This document shows positions 24,974-40,200 of a DNA stretch of 64,000 nt, one piece after another (the first letter of the stretch is position 1; each line of letters begins with the position of its first letter). The DNA is taken from NCBI GenBank assembly GCA_964247055.1, contig OZ176054.1:4898001-4962000 (forward strand), given 5' to 3'. The notes under the pieces are model-generated. The model was given only the letters and a program-made list of their open reading frames with translations, did no database searches and was not told the DNA's origin. Source of the DNA: Paragordius varius (Eukaryota > Animalia > Nematomorpha). A program made the position numbers and the translations under genes.

Positions 24974-26441
24974 TCCATATAGGAAATTTAAAAATCATAT
25001 ATATAAATGTATTCTAAATTATCTTCATAAACAAAAGTTTCTTTATTGTCGATATAATTTTTTAGATGGCCCTGACATCGCTTACTATTTCCATTATTGT
25101 CAACCTTTTTAGCGACATGTGTACTAACAAACGCTAATAATATAAAAACCAAACCAAGAGAGACTCATTTGTATCAATTTAAAATGTGCACCTGGTGTAC
25201 TGCACATTCTCGCAATTTCGTTTTGTTACGTCAATTTAGTTCGGTTGGTTGTCTCATCTTAGGAATGATTTTAATTATTACGCATCAAAGTTATCAATTA
25301 TTGTATGATCTGGTTGACTTTCTTGAAGTTAATTCGACTGGCTAGCGTTTGTCTTTTGAGAGTCTTTTATTGTAATGGTCTCATTAAAAGCTCAGCTTGC
25401 CCACATCCCCTCGCCATTCTGAGCATAACTTTAAATCATTAGTCGTTCATTGGGAATAAATAAGTACGAGAAAGCAGAGGATTGTGTAGTATTTACTGGA
25501 GGATTGTTCAAATGATTCCCATTTTAATAGCCCATAGACACGTGCTATATGCATGTTGTGGAGAAACTAGTTTTAATATATTTATATCTGCTTTTAAGCG
25601 TGACTATCGGCCCTCCTACAGTTTATTCTTGGGATTCTAGCCCATAGATTTTGCGTTGAGCTTACTCAAAGGCGATAGAATTTTTTATCACTGTTTTTGG
25701 AAGCCTATGTCGTTAAATAGGATTTCACAGTCGCTTTTCGATTTCAAATTTTACTTTCACACAAATTGTGTGGACACATTTACCGAGTTTTGTCATTCCC
25801 AACGCTCGTGCCTACTGATAGTTTTTGTGATTATAATACCTCTGCGGATTGCTATGGAGTTTTAATGAGTCTCATCCAATAACTCTTACATTTTATTGTC
25901 TTCGTAGTTGTGTGGTCTACTAGGTACCCACTCTCTTTACAATCAGATCTTTTAAATTTTCAAAACCATAAATCACATGCTTTAATCGATGAACTTTCAA
26001 TATGTTTATACCAGCCAAACGAGAACTTTTAACGGCCTTTCTCCACTGATAAAATGAATACTTAAATTATGTGCATGTCCCAAATGTTCTTTTTCAGGCA
26101 CAAGTTGATGGACTCAGCTTTTGTGTGCTTGTCGTTTTATTCAGGTGATCAAAATGGCGTCTGTGTCAAATTAAGCGACTGTTTTCGCATGTCTTCTTTT
26201 GCTTATTAGGCAATGAATTACATTGAATTACCTATTTAAATTGGGTGGGTATATTATAGCTTTTGTATAAAATAATTGATAATATCGCTATTATTTTAGA
26301 AGTGTACAGTAGCATATGCTGTTGTTAAAATATTTTTAAAAATGATGTACCATCTATATACTAAAATTTTTGATATATACCCTATTTTTGCAGTATATTT
26401 TACTCTTAGTATCTCTAGTTTGTTTTTTATATATTATAGAG

Positions 26442-29400
26442 CAGGGGTGTCCAACACAAAGGCTTGAATAGCCACATTTTCGACCTCAAAATTCCAAAGA
26501 GCCACTTTTTATTTATATATATCAAGACATTGGCAACAAATAAATTTTTTATATTAACATATAGATGTGCTAATTTTCATATCAAAAAGAAAATAAACAG
26601 TATAATAATAATAATGCTTTGCTAATTAAATTAATCAATGTGTAAAAAAAAGATGAAAATACATAGATATGGTAAACTTATTGCAATTTGATAGTATGAC
26701 TAGAGTAGACTGTGGCGAATTTAATCGCCAAAATGAACCATTTATTCAGAAAGCGAGTTTATCATGAGGTGCGTACATGAAATTATCAAATGTGTAAGTA
26801 TTTCGCGCGATACAAGATCACTATGAATCAAGCAATGGTCCTGACTTAAAAGAAAGTACATAAAAGCACATATATTAGCATTCTCAATCGATAGTATCTA
26901 CAAAAGAAATGTTACCTTCTTAAAGGGAGATGATAATCATGCAATTTAAAATGTATTGAGTTAAATATGAGCGTGTCTTGTTTGATAACGATTTGTGCCC
27001 ATCCATGATGGGAAAAAACAAGGGTAAGATGGAAACCGATGCCATAAATATGATCAAATATATATAATGCATTGACACCGTGAAAATCTCTGTGCACATG
27101 AATGTTGTCGAGGAAAATGTCTAATAAAGTTTTTTTTATCTAATAAAAATAAAAGAAATAAATATTTTTCATTGCATAATTAAATTTTAATGGGATATTT
27201 GTTTTGTAATTTTTTTGCTGAATTTATTCAGATCTATATCAATATTTGATACAGCACATCTCAATTCATTCTCCAAGTTTTCATCACTTAATAAAGTATG
27301 TTTTTGTGTATTTCATTTTAGTAAAAAAATTTCACAAAGATAAGTGGACCCAAAAGCACAAATTAATCTTTGTGCAAAAATTCTTGAATTAAACGTTATA
27401 TATTTTTTTAAAAATTCAATTTTATTTGTTTGACCAAATAATAATTCATTATTGGATTGCAAATCTAGTAATTCCATTTGTTAATCAATAGGAGCGTTGA
27501 TAGCTTTAACGTAGAATGGACAACAAAATAAATCAAATATTTTTTCATATCCCCGTATCGATTATTAAAAGCTTTTGATAATATATTAATTTGATCTGCA
27601 TATTTTGAAAAATCGTTAGTTTTACCAGCTTTAAATCTATTCAATTCTGGAAAATGTTCAGTATTATTTTTTTTAAATGGTATTCAAATAACGTTATTTT
27701 TTTAAGAAACGCTTTAATATGGCTATTCGCACCAACAATTAAATTATCTTGCTTTTGCAAGGATTCATTTAATTGATTTAGTTTTTCGGTAATATCTACG
27801 GAAAAGCATAGATCTGACAACCAATCTTCATTGGTTAATTCATTTACCAAATAATTATTCTGCAATAGAAAAATATTTATTTTTTTAATAAATCGTAAAA
27901 CCTTTTTAGTTATTTCCCACGACTAAGCCACCTTACATTTGAAAAAAATATAAGATCTCCATATTCTGAATGAATTTCTTTTAATAACTCCTTAAACTGA
28001 CTATGCTTCAAAGCATGAGATTTTATAAAATTAACTACTTTAATAACAACGGTCATAACATTGTCCAGTGTCTGAGCATGTGCGCAGAGATTTTCACGGT
28101 GAATCATGCAATGAATTATATATATATGGTCAATATTAATACCATCGGATTCCATCTTATAATAATATCACGGTTCCCTTGTTTTTTCCCATCATAGCTG
28201 GGGCACCATCTGTTGTCAAACAAGATAGCGCCCTCATATTTAATTTATTGTCCTCAATACATTTAAAATTGCATGAAACATATCATCTTCCTTAGTTGTA
28301 TTTTTCATCGAAAGTAAGCCTAACATATCTTCTGTTTTATTAAAAATTCATCTATTCCTCGAATAAAGACTACCAATTGTGATATATTGCTTATATCTGT
28401 GCTTTCATCAAATGACAAGGAACACACCACAAAATTTTGAATTCTTTCTTTTAGGGAAAGTTGAATTTCTTCTGCGATGTCTATAATTCGTCGGTATTGC
28501 GCGAAAGACTTATACTGGATATTAATTTAACTTTATTAGGCAAAACACATTTTATAATTTGCAGTACGCTTTCCTTTACAAACTCACCATCAGAATAAGG
28601 GTTCATTTTTTTGGCGAGTAAATTGGCAACAATATAACTTGCCTTTACTATCGGATAAGGTTGCGTGAATTGGTGGAAATTATGAATATTTTTTAAAAAT
28701 TCTGATTTTATTATTTTCATTTCTGTAGTCATATTAATAAAATCCAAATGCATGGTATTGGCATGTCTTTTTAAATTATATTCGCGAAACCCGTTTGCCG
28801 TAAATTTGCAAATAGGTACTCCGCTTTGTTGAAAATTTGAGTTAACCCATATTTTAATTCCCAGTCGGGATTGTATTTTCTAGCTACTTTTTTAGATTTA
28901 TGCATATTTAAAGCTAAATAAATTATTTTAGTTACCTATTTTTTTGCAAGTAATTTAATGTTTCAATGGACCTTAATTATAATTCCCAGTATTGGTAAGA
29001 AAGCTAAATAAATTATTTTACATCCTATTTTTTGCAAGTATTTCAACAATGGACCCAAATTATAATTCCCAGTATTGGTATGAAAGCTATAAATTATTAT
29101 AAATACCTATTTTTTGCAAGAAATTTAATGTTTTTAATGTGACTTATCATCTTGAAGTTGGAAATAACATGCAGGAAAAAATGTGTTTTATAGATGATTA
29201 AATGAATGCGATGATAGATAATTATAATAAAGAATTTTATTAAAAGTTTCTAAAACTAATTTAAATGTCAAAATAAAAATGCATAATTTACATATAAGAT
29301 TTTTTTTAAAAAAATAGAAATTAGTTTTTTTTTTAAAAAAAATTTTTTCTCAAAATTTTTAAAGAGCCACTCAAAATTTTTTATAGAGCGATAAACTCGT

Positions 29401-30496
29401 ACTTGCTCAAACATTTATACATGCTGTTGTATTTCACAGGGGCTGGGGCCACGCCCAGCGAATTATTAAAAAACGTGCCTCTAAGCCAATTATAATTTCC
29501 TTAATGGTAGCAAATCGTAAATGGATATTTACTAAAGCTTGGAAAAAATTGCTGAAACAATTAACGGTATAACAATGCATATATTTAGTATGTTGATTTT
29601 TTATTTACATTACACGCCATGTATAAATTGTATAATTTAGCCATGCTAAATTATTTTATATTTAAATTTTTATTTTTCAAATAACATTACTACTAATTTT
29701 CACAAAATAATTTTTATTTTATTTATTTTAACTTTGTTATGACTTTTTTATAAACACTTAAATTATATATTAAACATAAATCCCAAAACACTTCGTTAAA
29801 GTCGGTAAGAAAAAACGGAATTAAAAGAGATTATATAACTGCAAATCAAACTTATTATGGAATGCCACATTATTTTTGAATACTCTCTCTACCTGTGTGG
29901 TTTAAAATGGTGTTTATGTTCATTTATTTCGCTTAACTGCGGCCTTCCAAACATTTTTACGGTTTACGAGAAATGGAAATATCAAATAAATTCAAATTTT
30001 TATTTTAAGCAAAATAACTGGTAAAATTATATAACTTATAATATTTACTTTGAGATAATATGTTGTTTTATTAATTTATTCAGAATTATGTATATTTCTT
30101 TTATCACAATGTACGCAAAGTTTAAATTTTAAGCCGTTGAAAACTATATTTACCACTTATTACTCTTAAATTGGATTTCATAAAGTGATATGAGTTTTAG
30201 GGAAAAATTTTTAATTCCTAAAACCGTAAAGATCAAAATTTAATTTTTTATTGAAGAGAAAGATAGATAGAGAGAGAGAGAGAGATAAAGTTCTTGTTTT
30301 TTAAAAATGTTAGCATAAATCCAAATATATTTTTCCGAATTTTGCCAAGGCACAAACAAAAATTATTACAAGATATATAATGGTCGTAATTTAGTTACAA
30401 TATGATATTGAAAAATAATAGGATATATGTTATATGCCAGCCGGTGTTTTGATCTAGAAATGCGGCCTGCGAAGCAATTTGTGTTGGACACACCTC
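26442..30496 (-). mobile_element. SPIN/GTF2IRD2-like hAT transposon, frameshifted
   Basis: Left TIR CAGGGGTGTCCAACACAAA; matching inverted TTTGTGTTGGACACACCTC at ~30478-30496. Transposase pieces: ASYIVANLLAKKMNPYSDGEFVKE, IHCMIHRENLC, VRWLSRGK, WLSDLCFSVDITEKLNQLN. TSD does not match across these two ends (see finding). Confidence 0.85.
28911..29135. repeat. Three ~75-bp tandem repeats upstream of the hAT transposase
   Basis: aaagcta..aaattatt..cctattttttgcaag..aatggacc..ttataattcccagtattgg repeated about three times. Confidence 0.85.
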
Positions 30497-30785
30497 TTCA
30501 GTAACTAAGATTAAATTAATAATCAGTTAATTTCATAGGTTGCCGAATTCACGAAAGAAATTCCAAGCTTCTGAGAATAAAATTTATATTTATCAAATGT
30601 TATTGAGATTGAAATGAAGTGTATACAGATAAAATAAATTATTTTTTGTCGGAAACTCCATAATTTATTGAAGACTTTCCATTTGATGAGATGCTGTTCG
30701 TATTTATTGGTATGAAATTATAAATCACACATTTTAAATTGTACCCTATGATATAAAGAATAAAAAAGCCATAAATTTGAATTAA

Positions 30786-31199
30786 TTAAGCAAATTTGGG
30801 TTTTAAACTGATGCAACTCCCATTTTTGTTATTGTCTTTATCTTCCAATGAATTACCGTAAAAGACCATGAAATTGTTCAGCTTGTCGTATTTTTCATAT
30901 TGAGGATATGTAACGTGCAATTCATACGAATTTTTTTCCATGATTCCTTCCAAAGTGAAATTATAAATTGTTTCAGGAGCCGTAATCTATATAAGTAATA
31001 AAAATTATTTTATTATTCTGTTTTTTAGTGATGTCCTCATTCCGCAGCCGCATGCGGCCCATTCAAATTTGGAACATTCCCAAATAAATTGTTCGCAAAA
31101 ATATTACTTTTCGTAACATAAATATAAAAAAATTATTTCCAAATTAATTTTGGCAACAAACTAGCAAAAATTGATGAAATAAATTATTTTTCTCACGCG

Positions 31200-31230
<31 letters not shown>

Positions 31231-34200
31231 TGTTATCTATCTAATAAAATCTTAATTAATGCCCGTGGGATTTTCAAAATGCCGCATGGGAAGGCAATTT
31301 TGTGCAACCCTATTCCATTTACTAGCACATTTCATAATCTCGAAAAGGTGACAAATTATGTTGAAAAAAAGGACTTACATTATGCTTCTCATTTTTCATA
31401 TTGGCTCGATTAATGAATATCAATTGGGCTTGGGTGAATAGCAAGGTAATCTCTATAGTTTTGCAATCCAAAATCTTGAATTCAGCATCGTTTTCGGAGT
31501 GATTTGAAACGACTAAAACACATAAATGTTAAAATATATACATAAGAGATGTAATTGTAACAAAAAATGTTTTCTTACTGAAAGAACCAATTAACTGCGA
31601 AGAGCCATATTTCACTATCACATTATTTGTTATTGTATTTAGGGTTAAGAATGTAATATAACTTTCATTTGTCTAATATTATAAAAATTATATATATATA
31701 TATACTAATTGGTCATATAGCACATATATCATTTTTCAGGTCAGCAAGATTTTTTGACAAAACACAACATTTTCTATCCAAAGGGATTCCGTTTGCTTGA
31801 AAAATGTTGCGTTAATGTTGCTTTTTACTGAAAATTAGTATATTATAAAAATTAATCACTCCAATTTAATGATTATGCACTATTTTATATTTATAATTGG
31901 AAAAATTGTTTTTTCTAAGGTGTGGTTGTTTATAAAATTAATAAACGTCAACTCCTTATAATTGAAATAAAAAAATAATCTCAAAAAAATCATATTTTTT
32001 CAAATGTTTAAAAAGATATAAGGGATTCATTACTACTTTATTACGATTGTTTTATTTTAAAATTGGGGTGTTATGTCAAGAGCTAGCTTAATTTGTTACA
32101 AAAAGAAGTTTTATTTTGGCAAAATATTTGCAAAATATTGGATAAAAATAGTTTTAATTTTTAACAGTTACGTAATTTATATGGTTTAAAAGTTCTTAAA
32201 ATCTATTAAAACATACATGAATCCAAAATCAATGGTCAAATGCTATAAACTATATTTTAAGTTAATAATATATATTTTAACCATAATTTTTTTATTGTAT
32301 TAATTTATAAATCCAGAAAAATTACGACAAAAAATTGATGAGGTTTTTTTTCCTTTTTAAATTGAACCGGAACAAAAAACGGTACCGGTTCCAATCCCTG
32401 GTTAAAATGAATACAATACTTGTTTCTTAATGTTGTTGTAATTAAATCTATTATTGATTTCCACATGGTAGGTGGTATTACATGATGGCCAAAACAAAAA
32501 AATTTGAGAGACATCTGAATCGTTAGGTCTACTTGTGAAGCGCATTCTCTGCAGTTGCTTGTTAAAGTTTATCCTACCGCAAACATCTTAATATTAAAAT
32601 ACAAAGGCACCATACTTTTGACATCATCTTCGAAATATAACATATAAAATGAATCCCAAACACTACATTTATTTGGCTTATGTTCATTGGGAGTGTATAT
32701 ATCCTCCCCTACATTTAGGGAATATTTTCGGGCTAAATCTGTTAAAGCGATGCTAGAAACGCTTTCGTGTTCAGTAATGTTAAATTTGTCTATTGAAACT
32801 TTAGTTTTATTTGGTTCGTGAAATGAATTGTATTTATCCAAATGTATAATTATTGTGAATGCGCGTATTCCCAAATCATACACCACTTTCAAAATACCAT
32901 TCAGATCAGATTTCCTAATATCAATTTCACGGATCTATGAAAATACATATTCAATATTTTTAGCTTTTATTGTTATTGTATACGGCGCTTAAACTTATGA
33001 TATAAAAATATATTATATATATAATGTTAATCTTACATTTGTCCAAGTCTTATTATGATTTTTCGATACATATTCCACTTGAATGTTAGTATCTGGAATC
33101 ATTTGCAAATAAATATTTACACCTTGACATTGGTTATTTTCAGTTATTTCTTTCATCTTAAGCATATTATTTTGATAGGCATGGAAGGTTCCTTTAGATA
33201 TACAAATATTAATTAAATTCCCCCTGTAACCCTTTGATTCCACTCTTTAACTTAACATTTAAAATTCCCCTTTTCAACACATCTAATACACCTGTCAACA
33301 TTTCATTAATTTTATTGAAAATTCTGATAATATATTATTTTTATATTAGCTAACCATTTTATGTGTTTTTCTAATCTGAAAATTACAAATACTAAATTTA
33401 CTTTCCTAAATATAGCGTACCATGATATATGATTTTTTACGATTTTATATATACCATTTACAATTTGAATTCCTAAAAATAAATTATGTGTTTTGAAGTC
33501 AGAATTCGCAGAAATATGCTCATAACATCTTAGCGAAATAATACTCATTATTAATATATAAAATATCTTTATGGCATATATTATTATTTTAATAATATTC
33601 TAATTTTGAACAAAATATCATTTTTAAAAATAAAAAAAAAGGTAATTTTTAATCCTGAAAAACATAATTCATTTTAGGGGGAATTCGAATCGTTCGAGGG
33701 TGATTTTGATTTGTTCGAGGGTGAATTTGAATTGTTCAATGGTCAATTTGAATGTAAATAATATATGGCCCGCTAGTATATATATCATATTAGTTTGTGT
33801 TAAAAGCTCTTACAATGACCCAAAAAATAATTGAAAGAAAAATTAATTATCGGTTAATTATATTTATTTATACTATAGAATAAAAATAATAATTTGTGAA
33901 TTGCGAAAAAAGTGAACGTTCTTACAGCAAAAAAGGGTGAGCGAATATTAAGCTATTATTTGGTACTGTAAATTCCAGGCATTTAAAATACCTATTTTAC
34001 ATAATTAAACTATTTAAAATGGAAGAGATTAAAGTTAATAAATCATGCCTATATTTTTCTTCAAATAAAATCAAAAGACAAATACATTTCTTTATTTTTA
34101 GTAGGGTGTATTTAAATGTTTCAAGGTGAATGCAAAATTGGATTGTTTAATGTGAATAAGGGATTAAATTCAAAATTTTGAAATAAGCGTTTAAAATTCG

Positions 34201-37200
34201 AACGTTAAAAATTTGTTCCGAATCGATATAAATTTAGCTAATCAACAATTTTATGTGTAATACCTAATCTATTTTTTTTCGAAAAAATTCCAGCTTGTTC
34301 GATCCCCACATCATACACTGTGTTCATTTGTAAATCAATAAAGGCTACGTTTCCTTGCCACTGCATGTCAATATAATAAATCATATTATGGCATAAATTA
34401 TCAGTACTTATCGCAAACATTTAGCTAAATAAATTTTTTTTATGAAAGCAAATTACTTGATACCAAATAAATAACTATGAAAAGAAAGACAATATTTTCA
34501 TAAGTATATATAAACTTCAGCCGTGGGCTTAAAAAGTCTCATATATATTTGGACCCGTCTAAAATGGCCAATTCACTTAACCTAAAAATGATTAAATAAT
34601 GCCGGTATTTCCGGATAAAATATAATTGCCAAATTTCCCGAATAAAATATTATTAAAAATAGACATTTTGCTTGAAAATTTAATTTATAGAAAAATTTTG
34701 GTAAAGGGACTTATTTTAAAACATGGTGAAAACGGTATCAAAAAACTATAAAATGATATATAAACGCTTTTTTGATAGAGCAAAACATTTTAATACCTCA
34801 AAATTAAAATCTTAAGCAATAACGCTCAAACCCAGGTTCGTTTGATTTGGTTAAATTTTTATGTAAAAACAATTAATATATAACATAAATTTTAAGACGA
34901 AAGAATATAAAGTTTTGAAGGAATAAATGTTCAGCAACAGCGAGTTATATATAACGAGTGTTTTTATAATATTTTAAGGGGTTTTACCGTTTTCATCATG
35001 TCTCAAAATAGTATGGAGTACATTTCATCAAAATTTTGTTAAAATTAAATTTTGAAACATGGTAATTCTTCCAAAAATATATTTTTTGATGTTATAATTT
35101 TGCATTTTATCGTTTCTCGGCATTTTTGCGTTTAATATAAGATAAGACCCACTTAAGTAGGGCAGAAAATTTAAGACCTTAGGAGCACACAACTAATATC
35201 TCATATGACTCGTAAGGCTAAAATTCAACAGTTAGTAATCCTAATACATTTATCTTTAGAAATATATATAATTTATGAGGATATTTATTAGATATGTTAT
35301 GTTTTTCAATATTTTTCTGGAGTTAAAGTTTTGCATAACCAAGGTTGAAGAATATTTACTATGCGGGATTTATCTGAAAGTATCATATAATTTATATGTC
35401 CTACAATAGAAATATGCCTGAATTTAGATTTTTGACAGATTGCATTTTAATTTTAAATACTAGGAAAATATTACTTTAGACTAACAGATTATGGTTATTT
35501 GGTGCTATTTTTGGAGGTGTCAGCAAGTTTAAACAAAATATAGAGATGGTTTTTACCAAATACAAAAAAAACGCTACATAGGCACACATTATGTCAAATT
35601 TTTGGATTAAAAAAAATATTTATAATGTTAATTAATTAAAAACAAAACAAGTGGATTTTATTAGAATTTTTATGCATGCTAACATTTATATTCGTAATTT
35701 TTTGCTAAGCAGCGATCCTGTCATTAAAATTAAAGTAAAAACCAAGGTTTTTTTGGTGAAAATTTCAAATATGTTTTAAATTAAGTTGAGAATTGGTTTT
35801 ACTAAAAACTTAAATCGCATTCTAGAAATTTGCGACATTTTAAGGAACTAGGATTTTCATCGAAATTTCTATCCGTTAAATATAATAAAATTATAGAATC
35901 TGTTGCAAGACCCTTGAGTTTTCAATTCAAAAAATTTGCAAAAATGCCAATTATTTATTTTCGATGCTCACTATCAAATTAGATAGGAAACTCATGTGTT
36001 TAATATTCAGGCTGTTTAATACAACTTTGGTGGGGAAAGTTGAGGTTTTTCGAAACTTTAGATAAGTGCTCGATTTTACGAATTAGCTTTCAAAAATTGC
36101 TTAACACTTCTTGACCTTTTCGAGTACGTTTTAGGGCCAAAATATTTTTAAAATATTTATAGCATTAGGCCAAATTTAAAAATATGCTTTAGGCACATGA
36201 GACAAAAAATTTTTTTAATTAAAATTGTAAAAGTTTTTAAACTTTTTCGCCGCCATTTTTTTCTTTAATTTATAGATCATGAATACTTTGACTCCCAATT
36301 TAGTTCCATTTTTTTTTGCATAAAGCCAAATGTGATACCCAATGATTCCCAAATACATTTTTAACTCCTTTGCTATTATAATATACTTAAAGCAATGTGC
36401 CGTTTTCCTTAACCATTTCTAAACACGCTTTCTTAAGCCTTATACATTTTTGAATAACGTTAAGATCAAAAGATAAAAAATCACCTCGTAAACTGAAGTG
36501 TCGTATGTTGCTCCGTATTCTAGTTTCATGCTTTTAACAGTTAAATTAGGTTTGGTGTAGGAAGGTTCCGCGTTCAAAATAATTAGGGCTCGATCATTTA
36601 GTAATTTGAAAGTTTGAAACATGGTATTTTCTGCTCACATAAACAGATATTTAAATGGTAAAATTTTTTTAAAACATATTCTTTATACTATACAACCCAA
36701 ATTTAGGCTATAATTTAATAGTTTACCATATATTCGTTCAAACGTTTGAACGATTTTTTTATCTATATCAGCAATTTGGACCTGAATTCTGAATGTACCA
36801 GCATATGGAAATCGAAATGTCACATTATCTGAATATATCTATGTAAAATATCCAATAATATATATATATATACACTGTGTGCAAAAAAATTTTTAACGAA
36901 AATTATTTTTTTCATGAGATAGCTTATGACCAGCGTATTCATTTGCCGCAAAAAATTTTATTTGTAGACAACCTAGTTATTGAAATATTAAGAGAAAATC
37001 GAAATCGGGAAAAAAGTGAAAATTAAGGATAATCAAATAATAATGATAAAATTTGAAATATTTTGGTTTATTATTATTTAAGGGGATATATTCAATATAT
37101 AAATAGCCTAAAATCATATCGTTATGGTTTTTATAAATTTCAGGTCAAAAGATGGCGTTTTTCTTTTGTCACACTTAAAAGTCAAAATAAATTTAATGGA

Positions 37201-40200
37201 ACTATATTAAAATAATTTTTTAATTATTTACTACCTATACTCACTATTAAAATCTTAACATATATATTTCATTCAGTAAAATAAACTTCTATATCAAAAC
37301 CAAAAATATTTTTTATTTTTGCATTTTTTTGTCATCTGGTTGAGTGTATAAAAAATTTATTCTGTTTTATTTTGGATTCTCGCATGATTAGGAAATATTA
37401 AGTATAATTTATGCACAGGATTGAAAATTAGTGGATCAACCAACAATCCGTACAAATCCCAATACAAATATTAATTTGTCATATAACAGACTTGTTACAG
37501 GAAATCGTAAGGATTTTTTGGTTGATTGAATAAATTATATACTTAATAATTCCTAATCATGTGAGAATTACAAAATAAAACAGTATAAATTTTTTATACA
37601 ATCATAAACCAGATGAAAAAAATGCAAAAATAAAAAACAATATTTTTGGTTTTATTTGGATATAGAAGTTTATTTTACTGAATAAAATATGATTGAATAG
37701 TGAGTTTAGGAAGTAATAATTTAAAAAAAATAATTTTATATAGTTCATTAAATTTATTTTGAATTTTAAGTGTGACAAAAAAACGCCATCTTTTGCCCTG
37801 AAATTTTATAGAAACCCTAACTATATGATTTTAGGCTATTTATATATTAAAAATATCTCCTATGATAATAAACTATAATTTGAATTATCCTTAATCACTT
37901 TTGGCCCGATTTCGATTTTCTCTCAATATATCAAAAACTAGGTTGAAATAAAAAATTTTGCGGCAAATGAATACACTGATCATAAGCTAACTCATAAAAA
38001 AAATTTTTCGTTAAATCAAAATGACCCTCTTTTTTGCACCAGTATATATATCATTTCAGTCTCTTTTGACGCTTTTATATTTAGGGGATTAGGACTTAAA
38101 TCTTTGGATCAGGACTTTTGAAGCTTTAACACTTGCTTGTCCAGGGACAGTAATGATAGAAAATTAGCATAATTCACATAATGTAAGATTCCGGCGCCTT
38201 ACTTACTCTACCATTTCACCTTTTTATTAAAAATACAAATTATACTTCAAAGGGTATTTAACTGAATTTGCTAGAAACTAAAAAGAGAATCTAACCTCAT
38301 CGAACATGATGTTAGAATTCGTTTCATCCCTAATAGTCCATATACAGTATTCTAAATAGCCCGCTGGACAGATTAATGTTTTGAGATTTGGATTATCAAT
38401 ATCATGGACAACGCATATGCTTTGATTGACTAAAAATAAACAAGATATCGTTAATACATTTGCCTAGATACTAAACTTTTGCGCAAGCTTACAAAAACAT
38501 AAATTATAATGTTAGTTAAACTACATTGTTAATGTATTATTGTATAGCATTATATATAATATGTATAAACTTCAACAATACTTTACCATTGATATTCGTG
38601 TATGTGAGAATATTTCCTTTCTCTGCAAAATGGAATTCAACGGGTTTGGTTAGAACTCTGGTTTCAGTATTTGATTTCTAAAAATTAATATAATTATAAA
38701 TAGTCATAACCAATTATAATTGATACTATATGGATAAACAAAAATGCGACATTGTCTAGTCGTATGGAGAAAAACTAAATTAACTTTAAAGGGTCAAAAT
38801 TACATTTTTTTGTTTACCAGTCTAAGATGCCCGAATTTAAATGGATAAATATATAATATAAAATTTTACCATCGTTGTGGTTATTATCGGCTTTTCACCA
38901 AAAACGTGTTGTGTAAGGGTAAACCCGTCTTTCCATGTAATTGGATGTGGAAACTACATTAAAACGGTAAGCCACACATTGGGTGAAAATATATTTATTA
39001 TTAATCAATATAGTAAAATATGAATTTTACCGTAAAATGAATGTCGGTCGATGAATTATTTCCATTCATTTTTATGTCTAATTGAGGTTTATGTGCTAAG
39101 TAAATTAATATACTTTGTTAAAACAATCGTTTCCAATCTCGAAAAATCGATGAACATGCTATTATAACCAGAGTTAGGTCTGACAGGATAAAATGCACTT
39201 CGTAACTGTGACTACTTACAAAACAGTCAAAATTATTGATCATGTATGTATTATGTAGTTTCTAAAAAATTGAGGATTTTAACTTTTAATCAATTTTTAT
39301 ATATGATTAAAAGCGAATCGATGATTTCTATTTTCAACAACACGTTCCTTAGAAATGCATCTATAAGCTATGTTACCGGCAAAATATTATATTTATGAAT
39401 ATAAGTAGCTTCTTTAATAGCAAAAAATATTTTTTGCCGATTTAAATTTCGATAACCCAAATATTTATGTTATAAATTTAATATGAAATTTTATAGACAA
39501 AGCATATATATTATATATATGCTAACTATATTTACATCATTATTTTGAGGGGATTTCTTAAACATGAAAATGGAAATAATTATAATAAAGACTGTTATCA
39601 ATTCGTATTTAGATAAATAAAAATGACGGCTTTTAAAGCTAGTATTATGTCATTTTTTTCAATATACAATAAGTGAAATTTTACTGTAATGCATTTCATC
39701 GATGATAATCATTTTGGTATATTTTAAGCCAACTTGAATTTGGTATGTCATCCCACTCGTTAAGTTGACAAGCACATCCGGCGAATATGCCTAGGTTATA
39801 AATTATGTCAAATATATCTTTATCAAAAAAACGCGCAAAAAAAGCCGACATAGGCTTTTGCTGGCAAAATAAATGAAAAAACGTTTTATTGACACAAATC
39901 GTATTTATATAAAAACTCACAAATTAAAGCCCATATTGAAATTTTTGATTTTACGATCAAAATCACCACTGAAGTGAAATATTAGGCTTTTTAATAGTAA
40001 TGAATTTGTTATAAAAATACCATAAAAACTTGGCTCGTGTTATGCAGCAAATTTCTAACCGTAACAATGTATAGTCGCTGACTTGGCATATTTTTAAATT
40101 TCTCGTCCTCGTAAGACTTTACGCGGACGTAGGTATCATGGTTTTTTTGGTGTATAATGGTTATGGGTGTTTTAAGTGCAGTAGTTTTATCCACATCTAA

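Noticed and set aside
26090-26180. FDTDAILIT*IKRQAHKS on the minus strand, resembling a BTB start
   Set aside because: Two stops in frame, and a 2-nt indel in unit 2 destroys the pattern. Probably coincidence.
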